From: Marsupella aquatica
Lineage: Eukaryota > Plantae > Marchantiophyta
Assembly: GCA_973895155.1 (NCBI GenBank)
Contig: OZ316898.1
Location: 21,540,122 to 21,604,121 of the forward strand
Length of the DNA: 64,000 bases
Direction of reading: 5' to 3'
Shown: in pieces, positions 60,316-64,000 of the stretch
How positions within the stretch are numbered: position 1 is the first letter of the stretch
Layout: every line of letters starts with the position of its first letter
Program-made: the position numbers and the translations under genes
The notes under the pieces: model-generated
What the model saw: only the letters and a program-made list of their open reading frames with translations
What the model was told of the DNA's origin: nothing
Database searches by the model: none

Positions 60316-63300
60316 AAGTAGAGACTAGATTTTCTGCGAGCAACAAGACCATTCATATCTTCTAGAGACTAAAGTGACCAAACACTGTCTAAATGCTCAA
60401 GCAACAGCATGTAACATCCGTATCTTGTAGCTGTCCAACTATGTACTAGTAGTGCCCACTGCAAGGTCTCTAGCTCTGGATGAATGCCTGGATTGAATGA
60501 CAATCACTACCATGAAAGGTTTTGATATATAGCAGGCCAGTGACTCTGTTAATCGATCAAGCTCTTTGGCCAGGCATGTCAAGAAGTTGGAAGGACGGGC
60601 TCATTCCCACAGATCAAGATTCTATTCCTCTTTCAATTGTTGGGTTGTCGACAATCTTTAGAACTGCATTGAGTTGTCGTAGAGACCCTCATCCGTTCGC
60701 CCCAGTGAAGGGAAGGGATCAACGAGAACCGCACTCAACGCCCTCTTCTCCAATTGAAAGAAGGATCTCCTTCTATGGATGTCCCCCCAGGAGATCCCGA
60801 GGTGCACACTCAAGGGGCTATGATGTCTGGCCTTCTCTTACAATTGTTATACCAAATTCCTGGAGGTACTGCTCGGCAGGTCGTTGCACAGTGGAAATGG
60901 TTGCCAATGGAAACGAAGACTTGCGTAGATGCTAAGAGTTATGTAGATGCTAAGAGTTGGGTACATGCTAAGAGATGTGTAGATGCTCTTGTTAAGATTA
61001 ACAAGGAGATCACGGTATTGTGGGAAGTAAAGGCAATAGCCCCGCAGTTACAGACGAACTTGGACACGTAATTGATTTTGTAGTTAAACTTTGTTGAAAG
61101 TCTTTATAACAGAGCAATCACAAGTTCCACGCATGCGCGATTGTGAGGAACCAAGTCCAAGTTGCCGCGCGCGCGAAATGACAAAATTTTACGGGGAGCA
61201 CAATGTGCACACAACGTAAACTCAAGACTCTATGAGTGCTTGGAGCAAGGTGGACAGGCTATGGGACGTGATCCAGATTTTTGACCACCCTCTGCTGGGG
61301 AAGCTGCAGTGGCATTCGTTCTCTTGGAGAAGCTATAGCGGCGACCCTTTGGAGAAATCAGCTGGCAGTCTCGAACAGTCTACAAGGCCCAATGTTAAGC
61401 TTTGATGGCGGCGAGGCAGTCTAATCACAAAACCTAAAAAGTTGTAGCAGGAAGTGGAGAAAAAAACAGGCGCAATGTGTACTACTTAAAAAAGTTCCAA
61501 AAGTGGCGTTTTGGGTAGAATAGGGCGCTGCCCTCAGCCTTTTGGTCCCGATCCCCTAACAACTTTGTGGCGGGCTTCGGCTAACAGGTTCATTATTGGT
61601 GTGGGAGTTCTACTCGACCAGCCACCAGAGGCCTTAGTGGACATAAACGCAGTAGCTAGTACAGTAGTTCACTTGACGTGACCAGTGAGGTGCAACAACC
61701 ACTCGGTTGATTGAAGCATCAAAAGAATTGGCTGAAACGGCCACAATCTCATACAACATACATGGCAAGGTCTCTATGCCAATTTCCCAGCCTTATCTAG
61801 GGACAGATTGAAGGCAGCTTCCGACCACGAAAGTCACAAAACTGCCTATGAGCCATCCGTACCTCTAAAGATCCGCCATATATAGACCCTCTTCACAGCT
61901 TTATACAATCTTCCGACTACCGCAGCCACAATAGTGTGCTAGAATTCACTGTGAAGTACTGGATTGGCTCCACTCTAATTCGTGCCTTACTCGAGACATG
62001 AGAAACGGAAAAATTGACGCGTCTAGTTTTGTCTCACCTTGTTTAAGTAAGCAATGTTGACAATCGGGTCGAGAAGGTACTGGAGGAATGCATCCAATGT
62101 GAAGGAGTGCTTTGCTTTCATCAATATCGTATTCTAGTGAGCCATCTGCTCATTGATGATCTTCTCGGCATCACCCAACCTCGGTTTCACCTTGCTCTGC
62201 GTTCAGAAACTCTTTAAACTTTGCCGGGACAATGACATCATTCTCTGCATACTTGTGCATGCGATCAAATCGCCTCTTTGGTAATTAAACCATTGTCCAT
62301 CAATCTCTCCTCCTATACAAGCTCGGAGTATCCATCTCTATATATCCTGCCCACAGGACTCTAGGGGGAGGCACAACATAATCACAACAAAAACTTTTCT
62401 CTTTTGCACGAATGAAGCACCGAAAATAGTGTTTAGAAGCGAAAAGAAATTATGCACTTAACACAGGCCTGAATATCAGATTTGCACGGGAGGTCAAGTG
62501 TATTATCTAGCTGGGACTATTTTCGCACCTTTCTCCCATAAAACAACGCGCAATATATATATTCCAACACATTCGCAGTGCCAAATTAATGATCCCATGT
62601 TTGCACCCTGAGTTAATAAAGTGCAAAATAATTGAGAGATGCAATAGCTAATTACCGATCAGATCTAACTATATATGGAGAGAAGATACATTCGAAATAG
62701 AGAAGGGAGAACACCACAAGGATCTGTTGGCAGCAGCAGTCGATACAAAGTCGATCTAACCAGACGAGTGACAAGTACACATGTTAGAGACTCCTCGATG
62801 AAGCTCAAACGACAAGACTGGTAACAAGCCCAGTTGAAAAACTCAAGCTGCGATAGTCCAACGAGAAGCAAAACGATGAAGAAATGAAGGCGGGACCCCA
62901 CGAGCCAGAGAATGCAACCCTAAACCCAATATGCCGCTTCACTAATTCGCTCAACCTTCAAACACACGGATCCCTGTGGCCCTGCAAAACATAGGACCCA
63001 TGTGCTCACTAACAAGTGGGTCCGCAAAGGTATTGAAAATGAAAAAACCAAACATCTCACAAGAAAGAATGACGACATCGGCCGTGGGGACTAGAGAGCG
63101 AGAGATGACAGCAGCATCCCGGTTTGTTCGTTTGCAACTCGACACAATATGCAAAAGTGAGTTGTTCGCAAGATGTGGGCACCGTTGACGTGACTCGGTC
63201 ATGTTGCAGTGTTGCGCGTTCCAAAGTCTTCTACCGGACAGGTTTCATCATTCGGAGAATCTCAACGCCTACTTTGGACTGATTGACTGGAGAAGTGGAG

Positions 63301-64000
63301 ATCCTAGTGGACGAAATATTTGCACTGCTGTAATCCTTGTATTCTCAAAACAGTGATGTCGTCAATGTATTTTGTTTTGAGGGGGATTTTCATGTCATTG
63401 CGGCGGACGAGCGTTTGGTGTGTACTTAGAGTAAAGAAACCTTATGCCAGGCGGGGCTGTTCAGTGGTGATTGAGCTCCCGCGTCGACATGCATTCTATC
63501 TCTCAAGTGCTGCCGGTGGTCTGTTGCCCCCCAATGATCTGCGAAAGGCGATGAGACTCTGAGCATCGCTTGCTTGAGTCTACAGGAATGAATGGTTTGC
63601 TTAAGAGGTCACGTGTAAAGTCAATACTGTGCTGAGCTTTGGAAAATTCGGCGGAGTAGTTAGGGATCGCGATGCTGTTGGGTCACTAAGAGTAGATGCT
63701 GTCGGAGTAATGTTGTAGCAAGCCAATGTGATTAGAACAGCCATGTCAGCAGCTTTGGACACTGGGCCAAAGGGAAAAGACTGACATAATACTAAAGCTG
63801 ATTTGATCCACCTGGCTGCTCAGTCGGCTACAAAGTGCACATTCATTCAAGCTGCAATTCGGAAGTGCGGGGGCAAGGAGGAAAAGGGGCTACAGCTGTA
63901 CACAGCCTAGGGATCAAATGGGCGATGGGGACAGTTCGATAAACAACTGGGACGAGCAGATGCTACGGGGCGGGACCCAGAGGTCAGACTTCCCATCTGG

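Noticed and set aside
60400-64000. Short ORFs and partially open frames at the window end
   Set aside because: Multiple stops and no identifiable domain.

Overview
Repeat-dense eukaryotic DNA from a land plant. It has Arabidopsis-type TTTAGGG repeats, GT-AG introns and plant L1, Athila-like and CACTA elements; a non-seed plant is my inference. No ordinary housekeeping gene, RNA gene or CRISPR array is visible. The window is built from rearranged copies of one composite repeat in both orientations (1-478, 1783-6660, 11362-16908 continuing at 23654-23694, 29257-34087, 50277-54650). Wherever its end is visible (three places) that end is a short telomeric-repeat tract joined to unrelated DNA. The duplicated unit includes the 5' part of a two-exon Crinkler-type gene (SAM-like header + PD-(D/E)xK nuclease + kinase; intact at 27866-29974, LINE-truncated at 11357-12080) and a decayed transposon-protein ORF. 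Layered on top are a 5'-truncated L1 LINE, a LINE ORF1 relic, a 287-bp MITE with 8-bp TSD, and three solo LTRs with perfect 5-bp TSDs (one nested in another). There is also a CACTA left end followed by an EDM2-like tandem PHD exon split by a solo LTR, and an Athila-like LTR/PBS with an intact 800-codon ORF apparently inside the LTR. Several minisatellites are present, including an 11 x 121-bp G-run satellite. All alignments and protein-family calls were made by eye; boundaries without TSDs are approximate.
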